The notes under the pieces are model-generated. The model was not told the DNA's origin. It did not search any database and worked only from the letters and a program-made list of their open reading frames with translations. Of a stretch of DNA of 64,000 nucleotides, positions 27,172 to 36,155 are shown piece by piece. Every line of letters begins with the position of its first letter. The first letter of the stretch is position 1. Location of the stretch: assembly GCA_000092065.1 (NCBI GenBank), contig CP000588.1; one strand, 5' to 3'. Position numbers and translations under genes: made by a program. The DNA comes from Ostreococcus lucimarinus (lineage: Eukaryota).

Positions 27172-30168
27172 CTAAAACATGAATTCTTTCGGAAACGGCG
27201 CGTGTAAAAATGTGTGGAGCGTCTTCGCTTGCCGTGCGTCGCCAAGGATATCCGCGAGTTCGTCTTCTCTCAGGTCGCACATCTTTTCGATACTTTCAAC
27301 TCGTGCGATGACTCGTCGGTAATTGCCGTCGGTGATACCCGGTAGCCTGCGCAACAAATCGACGGCAGCGTCGTTGAGGTTATCCTTTACGAGTTTGTGC
27401 ACGTCACCGTCGGCATCGGGAACGCCTATTCGCTGCGCAGTTTCGAGTGAGGGTTCAGGCTCAAGCCTTTTTAACTCTGCGAAAATTTCAGCCGTCATGT
27501 GCATCGATCGACTCCAAATAAGACGCAACTTTCGAAAACGTGTGATGAGCATACATATCTTCGTGATGAGATGTTGCTGCCCGACGAAACGAGGAAGGTC
27601 GGCTTCTGCGTGCAGAGCGAACGCTTTTGAGCCGTCAAACTCGATGAGTAGAATCGGTGTCTTATAGTGTTTGCACATCGCTTCGACTTGTGCTATCAAA
27701 CGCCCAGACGCGAAGGACTGAATCAAGTCTGGAATGGCTTTGCGCTCGACGCACATATCGGGCGAGAGGATGTAATCGCCCACTTCTAGCGTCGTCGGGC
27801 GCACTTTGAAACCTGCCGAATGCAACACGCAAGGGAGCGCAGACATGAACTCACGCATATCCACTATGACTTCGAGAGACGAACGAATAGTGAGCGATCT
27901 GCCTCCTTTACGCGTACTCGCCTCTTGCGACTCCTCGATTCGATGTCGAGCGGTCGAGCTCGGCAACGACAACGGCAACGGATTCTCTGAATCGGTCCAA
28001 CCCTCTTGTTCAGCGGGAACAGCCATATGCTGCTTCGTGCGTATGAGGTTTTCGAACGCCGCACTCTCGCGTTTGATGCTACTGAGATACTTTTGCTCCT
28101 CTAATGACGTGTCGTACACCAAAAAGTACACCTTGACCGGGACGTCCGGGCGCGTCGCCTGATAGACTTCGAGTTCACGGATGAATGACGCGTCTGGATC
28201 ATACATCACCACGAACGAAGGCTGAATGCGGTTCAGCAGGTTCAATTTGCGCTCGTGCGCGTACACGTACATGTTATCGGTATCGCGCTTAACGGTCGAG
28301 CGCGTGCGCGTATCGCCGACTACGATGACTTCGTCGTCGCTAGCCGCCGCGTCCTCTTCCGCTTTCATTTCTATTTTGATATCTAACTCTTTCGCCGCCT
28401 TCGTAGCCTTCATCTTCTTATCCGCGTCTTCGGCCTTCTTCGCAGCGACTAGGGTCTTCTTCGCCTCCGCTGCGGCCGCCGCTAAGAGTTTGTTCTCGTC
28501 AGATTTCCCATCTTTCGCCGGCCCCGGATCTTCGTCGATTTCTCGACCCTCCATTCTCGCCTGAATGCGCTCGAGTTTTGAATACACACGCTGAGGCTTC
28601 TGCGCCGCACCGCGCCCACCACCACGGCCACTACCACGGCCACCACCGCGCCCGGCACCGCGCCATCCCGTCTGTCGCTTCGTCACTTGCGCCGCCACGT
28701 TCTTCCCGCCCCGGCTAAACAAGTAATCGACCCAATGCGCATTCATCAGCGCCGGCGTTCCGTAACGAATGCAGTACTCCAGTTGCCGCGCCACGTGCTC
28801 TTCTTTACACACAATCAACGTCGCTCCTTGCTTGTATTTTAACATTCTATGCGTGCCGTGCTCTTGGGACTCATACGGCTGAGAAAACGTCAGGTCCACG
28901 ACCGTTTCGGAGTCCGCCACGGCGAGGAGCTCTCCGCCTTGCCGACGTTCTTCGTCTATTTCATCTAAAATCTCTTCCATGAGCGTCCATTTTGGCATGG
29001 GTTCTAAAATCGGAATCAAGTCCGTCTCTGTGATTTGTGGTGGAAGCGGTCGCTTTGCGCCCAAGCCTTTCGGTTGCGCCGCCGCGGCTTTACGCTTGAG
29101 CAGGTAAACTCGCTTTTTCGCGTACTCGAAAATCGCGTGCGAGGCCTCTGTGAACATCCACATGCTCTCACGTGACTCACTCGCTCGCAACGCCTGCAAG
29201 TACTTCAAAAACGTGACTGAATCGTACTTCAGCAACGCATCTGCGAGTAAGCGGAGCGTCTTTAAATCGTACACGATCTGTTTCACTCGTCTCGGCGCGA
29301 TGTGCCACACCTTGTCGAGTTGTCGCTGCAAAATCAAATCGAAGCTCTTGAACAACCCACTCTCGAGCGTTAAATCGCTCGTGTCGATGTAGCGACTTTT
29401 CTTCAACTCAGCCATGCACGAATCCATGACGCTGACGATCGCTTCTTGAATCTTCAACACGTTCTCGCTCATCGGCTGTCTCAATTCGATCACCTCTGGC
29501 GGACGCGCGTCTAAATCGTCCTTCACTCGCAAATGAAATCGCGGCCACAGATGCACGCGCGTGAGCATCAGCGCCTTCAAACATCGTTCCACGCTATTAA
29601 AGCCGCGCGTCAAATCCCCAGGGCGATCGCTGATCGCCCGCACGTATCCTTTCCTATTCCCCTCTCTAAACAACCGCACGACGAACCCCTCCCCCGACGT
29701 CTCGTTCGTCCTATGCGCCGAGCACACTATGATCCCTCGCACTCGCTTCGCGTCCAGCCTCCCACTCAACAAATCCACGCTCGCGATTCGAGTCGTCACG
29801 AACGCCACGCATCCCGCGTCGTAAAACTTTTTCCTCTTGTCGCCCGCGTAGTCGGCGGTGAACTCCAGCGGCGGCGCCGCGCGCGGAAACAGCGCCGTCA
29901 TACGCTCCTTCACGCTCACTTTCGCGTGCTCACTCGCACCGACGATGAGCGTCACCATGGGTGGTTCGCCTAGAACGTGCGTCTTAGACAGCGCGTCGTC
30001 GACGGCGACGAGCGCGGCGATGACTGCGCTCGCACCGAGTCCTTCGGCGAGAACGCAAAAACCATCGCGCGCGAGCAGTTCCTTGGTGATCTCGCGCTGG
30101 AACGGCAAAAGGTCGGCCCCGTCGACGACCGCTTCGCTCGGACTCGCGTCGGCGAGGACGAGGGACAT
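27172..30168 (-). CDS. ERCC4: DNA repair endonuclease XPF/ERCC4/RAD1 (helicase-like N-terminal domain + ERCC4 nuclease + HhH2)
   Basis: N-terminal SF2-helicase-like region (LLPFQREITKELLARDGFCVLAEGLG...). ERCC4 nuclease core IVDMREFMSALPCVLHSAGFKVRPTTLEVGDYILSPDMCVERKAIPDLIQSFASGRL (GDY...ERK motif). C-terminal HhH2 (LLRRLPGITDGNYRRVIARVESI). Gly/Arg-rich insert GWRGAGRGGGRGSGRGGGRGAAQ. Confidence 0.85.
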   Translation of the reverse strand: MSLVLADASPSEAVVDGADLLPFQREITKELLARDGFCVLAEGLGASAVIAALVAVDDALSKTHVLGEPPMVTLIVGASEHAKVSVKERMTALFPRAAPPLEFTADYAGDKRKKFYDAGCVAFVTTRIASVDLLSGRLDAKRVRGIIVCSAHRTNETSGEGFVVRLFREGNRKGYVRAISDRPGDLTRGFNSVERCLKALMLTRVHLWPRFHLRVKDDLDARPPEVIELRQPMSENVLKIQEAIVSVMDSCMAELKKSRYIDTSDLTLESGLFKSFDLILQRQLDKVWHIAPRRVKQIVYDLKTLRLLADALLKYDSVTFLKYLQALRASESRESMWMFTEASHAIFEYAKKRVYLLKRKAAAAQPKGLGAKRPLPPQITETDLIPILEPMPKWTLMEEILDEIDEERRQGGELLAVADSETVVDLTFSQPYESQEHGTHRMLKYKQGATLIVCKEEHVARQLEYCIRYGTPALMNAHWVDYLFSRGGKNVAAQVTKRQTGWRGAGRGGGRGSGRGGGRGAAQKPQRVYSKLERIQARMEGREIDEDPGPAKDGKSDENKLLAAAAAEAKKTLVAAKKAEDADKKMKATKAAKELDIKIEMKAEEDAAASDDEVIVVGDTRTRSTVKRDTDNMYVYAHERKLNLLNRIQPSFVVMYDPDASFIRELEVYQATRPDVPVKVYFLVYDTSLEEQKYLSSIKRESAAFENLIRTKQHMAVPAEQEGWTDSENPLPLSLPSSTARHRIEESQEASTRKGGRSLTIRSSLEVIVDMREFMSALPCVLHSAGFKVRPTTLEVGDYILSPDMCVERKAIPDLIQSFASGRLIAQVEAMCKHYKTPILLIEFDGSKAFALHAEADLPRFVGQQHLITKICMLITRFRKLRLIWSRSMHMTAEIFAELKRLEPEPSLETAQRIGVPDADGDVHKLVKDNLNDAAVDLLRRLPGITDGNYRRVIARVESIEKMCDLREDELADILGDARQAKTLHTFLHAPFPKEFMF

Positions 30169-30286
30169 CGCGCGCGCGTCGCGCGCTCGAATGTGAGGAG
30201 AATCTGGTTGGTCTCCCTCAACTGTTCGTGGCGCTCGGATGGGGCGACTGCGCGAATGTATTAAATGTCGCGCTACATCGCGGTGA

Positions 30287-31660
30287 CTACTGCGCTATCT
30301 TAAAGTAATCGAGCGTTTCGTGCAAAATCTTCTTCTTGCACGCGCGGTAGATGAACCGCACGCGCTCGGCGTCGTCGACGCACGCGCCGGAGCGGAGCGC
30401 GTCGACGTCTTCGGCGAGCGATGTCGGCATTTGGGCCAAGAGTTGTTCGCATCGCGCGGCGATGTCGGCGCGAGCGAATTTGAGCTCATCGCCACAAATT
30501 GGGCCGTTGATATCTCCCGAGGCCTCGGTACCGGCATACATGGCGGCAAAAGCACTGAGAAGTCGCGCGTCGATTCTCCCGGCGCCGAGAGCCTTCAATC
30601 GAGGCTCCGCCGCGGCGAGCTTGGCGTCCGCCGAGCCCTCGGCCTCGAGCGCTTTCGTGACTTCATCGTACGCTGCGTTCGCAGCTTTCTCGCGAATTTC
30701 GCCCTCGGGCCCGTCCCACAACTCTGGATGCGCCACCGAGTGCCACACCATCGCGTGCTCGAGATTGCTAAACAACACGCAATCGTCGTGCGGGTTGTTG
30801 TCCGGCGCGAAGCCGTAATAAATCAAAAAATGATCGTTACTGCGCTCACCGTAAGACATCAACGCCTCCTCGCCCTCTTCAATGTCTCGCGTCGCCGCAA
30901 ACTGAATGACGCCCTCTTCGGCGTCGAGCGTGGACCACGCGATGTTATCCGTCGCCGCAGTCGTCATATCCGTCAGCTCCCCCGTGGTCTCATCCCGCGT
31001 CAACGACGTCACGATATCGCCTCCATGATTCAGCATATCCGCCAACGGCAGCAGCACGCGAAAGTACCCAGCGTTATCCTCCGCGCTCGCCACGCCGTAC
31101 GTCCGCGAGTGCACCACGCCGACGGCGTTCGCGAACGCCTCGTAATCAAAATACGCGTCCCCGAGCGCCTCCGGCGCCTTCTCCCTGAGCGTCTCGTGCC
31201 ATTTTCTACACGCCGCTTGCATCTCTCGTATCTCCGACATCGCCGGCGGGTACTGCACGTCCGCGATCGCCTTTTCATCGTAGTGTATCGGCGACGTCGG
31301 CACGCGTTCCGGAAGCGTCCTCGCGTACGCCGCGTACGCCGACCCCTCGCCCAACTTCTTCTCCTGCAGCAGTCTGCACGCCAATCGCACCCCCCAGGGC
31401 GCTTCCTTCATCGCGTCCCGCGCGCTCTCCGGATGTCCCTTCGCATCGTCGACGATTCCGCTCGCCAGTTTCAGCTCGAGCACGCCTTCGCCCGCGCGCA
31501 GCGCGCGCGTCGCCTCCAACCCTCGTCCCGCGCCCGCGCCCGTCTCCAGCGCCACCGTGAGCCCGCTCCCGCGCGCGCCGCGTTCGACGCACCACCGCAC
31601 CAGCGCGCGCACGTCGTCCGCGTCGCGCGTCGCCGTCGTCGCCGCCGTCGCCGTCGACAT
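30287..31660 (-). CDS. SET-domain protein lysine methyltransferase, Rubisco LSMT/SETD3-like
   Basis: LSMT-type SET with Rubis-subs-binding-like C-terminus: GEGVLELKLASGIVDD..., AVGVVHSRTYGV, FRVLLPLADMLNHGGD, EEALMSYGERSNDHFLIYYGF. Start at ATG 31658-31660 (MSTATAATTA...). An upstream in-frame ATG at 31832-31834 would add a poly-Thr transit-peptide-like extension. Confidence 0.75.
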   Translation of the reverse strand: MSTATAATTATRDADDVRALVRWCVERGARGSGLTVALETGAGAGRGLEATRALRAGEGVLELKLASGIVDDAKGHPESARDAMKEAPWGVRLACRLLQEKKLGEGSAYAAYARTLPERVPTSPIHYDEKAIADVQYPPAMSEIREMQAACRKWHETLREKAPEALGDAYFDYEAFANAVGVVHSRTYGVASAEDNAGYFRVLLPLADMLNHGGDIVTSLTRDETTGELTDMTTAATDNIAWSTLDAEEGVIQFAATRDIEEGEEALMSYGERSNDHFLIYYGFAPDNNPHDDCVLFSNLEHAMVWHSVAHPELWDGPEGEIREKAANAAYDEVTKALEAEGSADAKLAAAEPRLKALGAGRIDARLLSAFAAMYAGTEASGDINGPICGDELKFARADIAARCEQLLAQMPTSLAEDVDALRSGACVDDAERVRFIYRACKKKILHETLDYFKIAQ

Positions 31661-31755
31661 TCGCCGTCCGCCTCGTCCCGCGACGTCCCGCGCGCGCGCG
31701 CGCGTCCGCGACGCGCCGACCGCGCGCGCGCGCGTCGTCGTCGCTCTCGCCGTCG

Positions 31756-31757
<2 letters not shown>

Positions 31758-31796
<39 letters not shown>
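31758..31796. repeat. (GTC)13 microsatellite, which is (GAC)13 on the minus strand; poly-Thr in the upstream in-frame extension of the SET/LSMT-like gene
   Basis: Perfect 39-nt run seen in sequence. In the minus-strand reading frame it encodes TTTTTTTTTTTTT between ATG 31834 and ATG 31660. Confidence 0.95.
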
Positions 31797-31798
<2 letters not shown>

Positions 31799-31832
31799 GC
31801 GCGTCGCCGCGTCGCGCGATGCCGGCACACGC

Positions 31833-32483
31833 ATGCTCGCGCGCGAGTCGCGCCCGCGCCTCTCGCGCGCGCGCGCCGCGCTCGCGCGCGTCGCGTGCGT
31901 CGCGCTCCTCCTCGCGCTCGCCGCGCGCGCGCGTCGCGCCGCGCCGGCGCCGCGCGTCGAGCGCGCGCGCGACGACGACGACGACTCGGTGATTCGCGAC
32001 GTGACGATGACGATCGGCGCGCACGGCGACGTGCGGCTGCGACTGCGCCCGGATTGGCACGCGGAGAGCGCGGCGTACGTCGCGGCGCTCGCGGCGGACG
32101 CGCGCGCGTGCGAGGACGCGTGCGAGGTGTACCGCGTGGAGCCGGGATTCTTGGTGCAGGGAACTTTAAAGAGCGCGTCGGCGGCGAGCAACACGAAGAC
32201 GAAGGAGGGGCCGAGGTTGATGCGACGAGGCGACGTCGGGTGGGCGGGCGAGGGACCGGGACCGGATTTTTTCGTGTACGTGGGCGCGAAGCCGGCGGCG
32301 CACTTCGGGAGGCGACACACGGTGTTCGCGGAGGTGGCGGACGAGACGTCGATGGCGACGCTGGAGCGCGTGGCGAACGCGCCGAGCTCGACGCCGGGCG
32401 GGACGGGGACGATGCGGTTCATCGATGAGCGCCCGCGGATTACGCTTCGCGACGCGCGGTCGAAAGGCGCGGCGCGCGCGTAG
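31833..32483 (+). CDS. divergent cyclophilin-like domain protein with signal-peptide-like N-terminus
   Basis: VYRVEPGFLVQGTLKS...GPRLMRRGDVGWAGEGPGPDFFVYVGAKPAAHFGRRHTVFAEVADETSMATLERV resembles the cyclophilin fold pattern (FHRV.PGFM.QGG...G.LSMAN.G...GSQFFIT....LDGKHVVFG.V). The catalytic Arg/His pattern is not clearly conserved, so it may be inactive. ATG 31833 gives MLARESRPRLSRARAALARVACVALLLALAARA (signal-peptide-like); ATG 32007 (MTIGAHGD) is an alternative. Confidence 0.4.
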   Translation: MLARESRPRLSRARAALARVACVALLLALAARARRAAPAPRVERARDDDDDSVIRDVTMTIGAHGDVRLRLRPDWHAESAAYVAALAADARACEDACEVYRVEPGFLVQGTLKSASAASNTKTKEGPRLMRRGDVGWAGEGPGPDFFVYVGAKPAAHFGRRHTVFAEVADETSMATLERVANAPSSTPGGTGTMRFIDERPRITLRDARSKGAARA

Positions 32484-32689
32484 CGACGGCGAGTCGAAAA
32501 CGGTGGACGGCGTCGAACGCGTCGTCTCGCGCGTCGCGACGGCGAGTCGAAAACGGTGTAAATTATTGAATGCGCGTCGCTCGCGCGCGACGACGCGCGT
32601 TTTCGCTAGGTTTTTCTTCTATGGAAGTACGCGTCCCGCGCTCGCGCGCTCCCGTCCTGCGCTATGCTATGCTACCGCGACGTCGCGAC

Positions 32690-33019
32690 TCAACTTTTGA
32701 AGCGCGCGCGCGCGTCGCCGAGCGGCGAGTCGCCCTCGCGCAAACGCGCAATCTCCTTATCCTTGCGTTCGATCTCCCCCCTCGCCGTGTTAAACAAGCA
32801 CGAAATGTTCCTCTCCAAGTTCTCGCATCGCTCGCGCAGGCTCGCGTTCTCGTCCATCAACGCTCGACGTCGCGCCTCGCTCTCGCTCAGTTTCAGGTTC
32901 AATCGACCGATCGCTCCCGCGCTCGCCGCTTCCGCCCCGCGCGCGCCCTCGCGCGCGTCCAGATCGCCGTACAGCACGTCTTCGTCCTCGCCGTCGTCTC
33001 GCGCGCGCTCGTGCGCCAT
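32690..33019 (-). CDS. small coiled-coil ORF (109 aa) in the cyclophilin-like/eIF2B-epsilon spacer
   Basis: ATG 33017-33019, MAHERARDDGEDEDVLYGD...LKLSESEARRRALMDENASLRERCENLERNISCLFNTARGEIERKDKEIARLREGD. Heptad-like coiled coil, lower-GC codons than surrounding 5' regions. Lies entirely in an otherwise unassigned 600-bp gap. Confidence 0.2.
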   Translation of the reverse strand: MAHERARDDGEDEDVLYGDLDAREGARGAEAASAGAIGRLNLKLSESEARRRALMDENASLRERCENLERNISCLFNTARGEIERKDKEIARLREGDSPLGDARARFKS

Positions 33020-33097
33020 CGTCGACGCCACCGCGCGGCGGGACGCGCGGGCGCGCGCGTCACTTTTTGCCGCGTCGGCGTCGCTTCGCGCGTCGCC

Positions 33098-35410
33098 ATG
33101 GCGCCCAAGCCCGCGGCCGCGGACGTGCACGTCAAGCCGACGCTCCAGGCGGTCGTCCTCGCGGACTCGTTCGCGACCGCGTTCAAACCGCTGACGGAGA
33201 AGACGCCCAAGGCGCTCGTCCCGCTCGGCCACGTCCCGATGTTGGAGTACACCCTCGAGTGGTTGTCGTCGCAGGGCGTCGAGGAGACGTACGTCTTGGC
33301 GTGCGCGCACGCGGAGATGATCGATCAGTACCTGAAGAGCGCGGGATGGGGGGAAGGAGACGCCGGGGATAAAGAGACGAAACCGGGACAGCGAAGAAGG
33401 ATGACGACGAAGTGCGTGCCGAGTGCGAGCTGCGTCAGCGCGGGCGAAGCGCTGCGGTTGATCGATCATAAACACGTCATACGGAGCGATTTCGTGCTGG
33501 TGAGTGGGGATGTCGTGACGAACATCGATCTGAAGGATGCGCTGGAGCGACACCGGGCGAGGAGGAAGAAGGAAAAGTTGGCGGTGATGACGGTGTGCTT
33601 GCGAAACGTCGGGGCGAGCGTGAGAGAATCGAGGTATGGGGATTCGAATTTGACCATCGCCATGGATGCGGAGACGAATAAGATCGTACATTACGAGGAG
33701 CACGGGAGTGGACACAGCGCGACGAAGTTGCCGCCGACGTCGCTGGACGCGTCGTTGTTCGGGGAGGTCAAGAATATTCGAGTGAGGACGGATTTGATGG
33801 ATTGTCACGTCGATATTTGCGCACCCGAGTTCTTGATGCTATTCACGGACAACTTCGATTATCAGCACATTCGTCGGGACTTCATCGTCGGGACGCTTAA
33901 CGAGCGGGAGCTGGGGAACACGATTTACGGGTATGAGATTTCGCGATACGATTACGCCGCGCGCGTGCACAATTTGCGCTCTTACGACGCGGTTTCACGC
34001 GATATTTTGAACAGATGGACGTTTCCGTACGTACCGGACACGCGCGTCGTACCAGTTCAAGATCCACAGACGTTCACGCACACGTGGGGGAACAATTATT
34101 TGAGCCCCGACTGCGAAGTGCACGAATCGGCCAAGCTCACTAAGGGATGCTCAATCGGTGCAGGAACGATGATTGGCGCCGGCACGTCGGTATCGCACAG
34201 TGTGATCGGAAAGAACGTTATCATAGGACAGAACTGCGTCATCTCAGGCGCGTATATCTTCGATGGTGCGCGCATCGAAAACGAATCTTCGGTAACGAGC
34301 GCCATCTTGCAAGAAGCCGTCGTCGTGCACGCCTACGCACATGTCACCGCCGGATGCGTGTTAGCCGCGGATGTCGTCATAGGAAGTGGATTCAGCGTGA
34401 AACCAAACACGCGAATTTCGCTCAAGGCGCAGCCCGCTATCGAAGACGACGATTACGATTCGGACGACTCGGAGCAGTCCACGTCGCTCGGACTCGGCGA
34501 GCTTGAACTCGTTCGCGACGAAGTTCTCGGTGAACACACGATGGAACAGATCGCTGAAGCGCTCGCTGCGGCGAAAGCACGAGCGGGCGCGGACACAAGC
34601 GCGATTTGGGCGCCCACGTCTGTTGGTGCAGGCGGAGCCGGGTACGTGTGGGCCCCGCGCGAGGAAAGCTGGTTTCGCAACATCGCCCAGCCGAAAGCGC
34701 GAGAGCCGTATGATTGCTCACACGAATACGCTACCGACGAAGCGAAACGCGAGAGCGCCCCCGATTCAAGGGCGGCAGCGGTGGCGGAGTCTGATAGCGA
34801 CGAACAAGAAGACGTCAAGCGCGAGGGCGTGTTTCAGCGCGAAGTCGCGGAGACGTTTTTGCGCTGCGTCAAGCAAGGGTACGCTCAGGAAAATGCAGTG
34901 GTCGAGCTGCAAGGTTTGAAGATGGCGGAAAATAGAACGTTCGCCGATATTGCGCGATATGTTTTGATGACGATAGTCGGATTGACGTTACCGGCGCACG
35001 GTAAGACGTCTCGCGAAAACGTAAAGCTGTACCCGGCGACGGCGCCGTCGGGCACGCCGGAATTGTTGAAACGATTGCGAGAGCGATTGAAGGAGTGGGC
35101 GCCACTCTTATCGAGGTTCCTTCGGAGTGAAGATGACCAAGTCGAGGCTTTGTTAACGCTCGAAGAGTTTTGCTCCGAGGATGAGGTCTTCAAAGGCATG
35201 GGTGGCGCCGTCTGCGTGCCATCCTTCGCCAAAATTCTGCACATGCTCTACGACATGGACGTCATCGGCGAAGAGAGCGTGTTAGCTTGGGCGGAAGAAA
35301 AGGCCGAGGCCGACGAAGCGGATAAAAAGTTTCTCAGGCTCGCGCAACCGTTCATCGATTGGCTCGAAGAGGCCTCGAGCGAGGAGGAATCGTCTAGCGA
35401 AGATGACTAA
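33098..35410 (+). CDS. EIF2B5: translation initiation factor eIF2B epsilon subunit (NT-transferase + LbH hexapeptide + W2 domain)
   Basis: N-terminal nucleotidyl-transferase-like LQAVVLADSFATAFKPLTEKTPKALVPLGHVPMLEYTLEWL. Left-handed beta-helix hexapeptide repeats GAGTMIGAGTSVSHSVIGKNVIIGQNCVISGAYIFDGARIENES. C-terminal W2 domain with acidic AA-boxes (...LAWAEEKAEADEADKKFLRLAQPFIDWLEEASSEEESSSEDD). First ATG 33098. Confidence 0.85.
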   Translation: MAPKPAAADVHVKPTLQAVVLADSFATAFKPLTEKTPKALVPLGHVPMLEYTLEWLSSQGVEETYVLACAHAEMIDQYLKSAGWGEGDAGDKETKPGQRRRMTTKCVPSASCVSAGEALRLIDHKHVIRSDFVLVSGDVVTNIDLKDALERHRARRKKEKLAVMTVCLRNVGASVRESRYGDSNLTIAMDAETNKIVHYEEHGSGHSATKLPPTSLDASLFGEVKNIRVRTDLMDCHVDICAPEFLMLFTDNFDYQHIRRDFIVGTLNERELGNTIYGYEISRYDYAARVHNLRSYDAVSRDILNRWTFPYVPDTRVVPVQDPQTFTHTWGNNYLSPDCEVHESAKLTKGCSIGAGTMIGAGTSVSHSVIGKNVIIGQNCVISGAYIFDGARIENESSVTSAILQEAVVVHAYAHVTAGCVLAADVVIGSGFSVKPNTRISLKAQPAIEDDDYDSDDSEQSTSLGLGELELVRDEVLGEHTMEQIAEALAAAKARAGADTSAIWAPTSVGAGGAGYVWAPREESWFRNIAQPKAREPYDCSHEYATDEAKRESAPDSRAAAVAESDSDEQEDVKREGVFQREVAETFLRCVKQGYAQENAVVELQGLKMAENRTFADIARYVLMTIVGLTLPAHGKTSRENVKLYPATAPSGTPELLKRLRERLKEWAPLLSRFLRSEDDQVEALLTLEEFCSEDEVFKGMGGAVCVPSFAKILHMLYDMDVIGEESVLAWAEEKAEADEADKKFLRLAQPFIDWLEEASSEEESSSEDD

Positions 35411-35462
35411 GTCGAAGCGCTACAGAGTTCTATTCTAATACAAATACACATGTTCCGCACAC

Positions 35463-36080
35463 CTACACGTCGCTACGAAAACTCTCAAGGTCCTCCCCTA
35501 CTCTATGTTTCCAAAATGATTTTCCATAGCTGATCAAAATCTCCTCACCCTTCGCAATCGTCGCTTGAGGAAGCACAAAAATCGCGAGCTTCGCGTGTCC
35601 CGCCTCGTCGACGTAGGACTCAAATTTCGCATTTTGCGATCGACCCGTGTTTCTAAAGTCGTTGCAAAATCGCGCGTCGTTCCCTTCCTTTTCTGCGTCG
35701 ATAGCCAATTCGTTCGCGTCGCCGAACGCGAGCGAATAATCCGTCGTCTTGGAACAATCCACCGCGGTCGTGACCACGCCGTGGTAGTCGATGATTCGTT
35801 CCCTACCTCTCAACCGCGTGTTCGCGAACAAGCCGAACTCTCCGCGCGCCGGATGCGTCGCATCATCGATGATGCGCCCTCGCGCGCGTTTCCTATCATT
35901 CGCGCGCGTGTGCTTGATCGCGCTGCGCGCGCTCGGGGCATACTTTTCGATTACGTCTGGGGACACACTCGCCGCGTCGTAGCGCAACGAATCGAGGAAG
36001 ACGACGTCGGACGGCCACGACGCGGCAGCGGACGTCGACGCAGGCGTTTGTTTCGCGGTTTTGCGGACGTCGCGCCCCAT
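35463..36080 (-). CDS. small SET-domain methyltransferase
   Basis: GRIIDDATHPARGEFGLFANTRLRGRERIIDYHGVVT...GNDARFCNDFRNTGRSQNAKFE...EEILISYGKSFW: SET core with variant NHSC-like motif (CNDF) and ELxxxYG tail. 205 aa. Confidence 0.6.
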   Translation of the reverse strand: MGRDVRKTAKQTPASTSAAASWPSDVVFLDSLRYDAASVSPDVIEKYAPSARSAIKHTRANDRKRARGRIIDDATHPARGEFGLFANTRLRGRERIIDYHGVVTTAVDCSKTTDYSLAFGDANELAIDAEKEGNDARFCNDFRNTGRSQNAKFESYVDEAGHAKLAIFVLPQATIAKGEEILISYGKSFWKHRVGEDLESFRSDV

Positions 36081-36137
36081 GGGGCGCGACGCGGGTGTGT
36101 GCGGTGAAGTCTACTTAGTACAGATATTAGATTTTTG

Positions 36138-36142
36138 TTACA
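36138..36142 (-). promoter_or_regulatory. putative TGTAA poly(A) signal of TRRAP, 14 nt after its stop and 58 nt upstream of the next same-strand ATG (small SET gene)
   Basis: Plus-strand TTACA at 36138-36142 is TGTAA on the minus strand. TGTAA is the characteristic poly(A) signal of chlorophyte algae (established for Chlamydomonas and relatives). Confidence 0.35.
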
Positions 36143-36155
36143 TTTCCTGCAAGGA

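Noticed and set aside
32690-33808. 372-aa minus-strand ORF antisense to the 5' part of eIF2B-epsilon
   Set aside because: Only its last 109 codons (32690..33019) lie outside eIF2B-epsilon. The rest is antisense to a gene with strong conserved motifs and is Arg/His-rich junk. Only the spacer-located portion is retained as a low-confidence small ORF.
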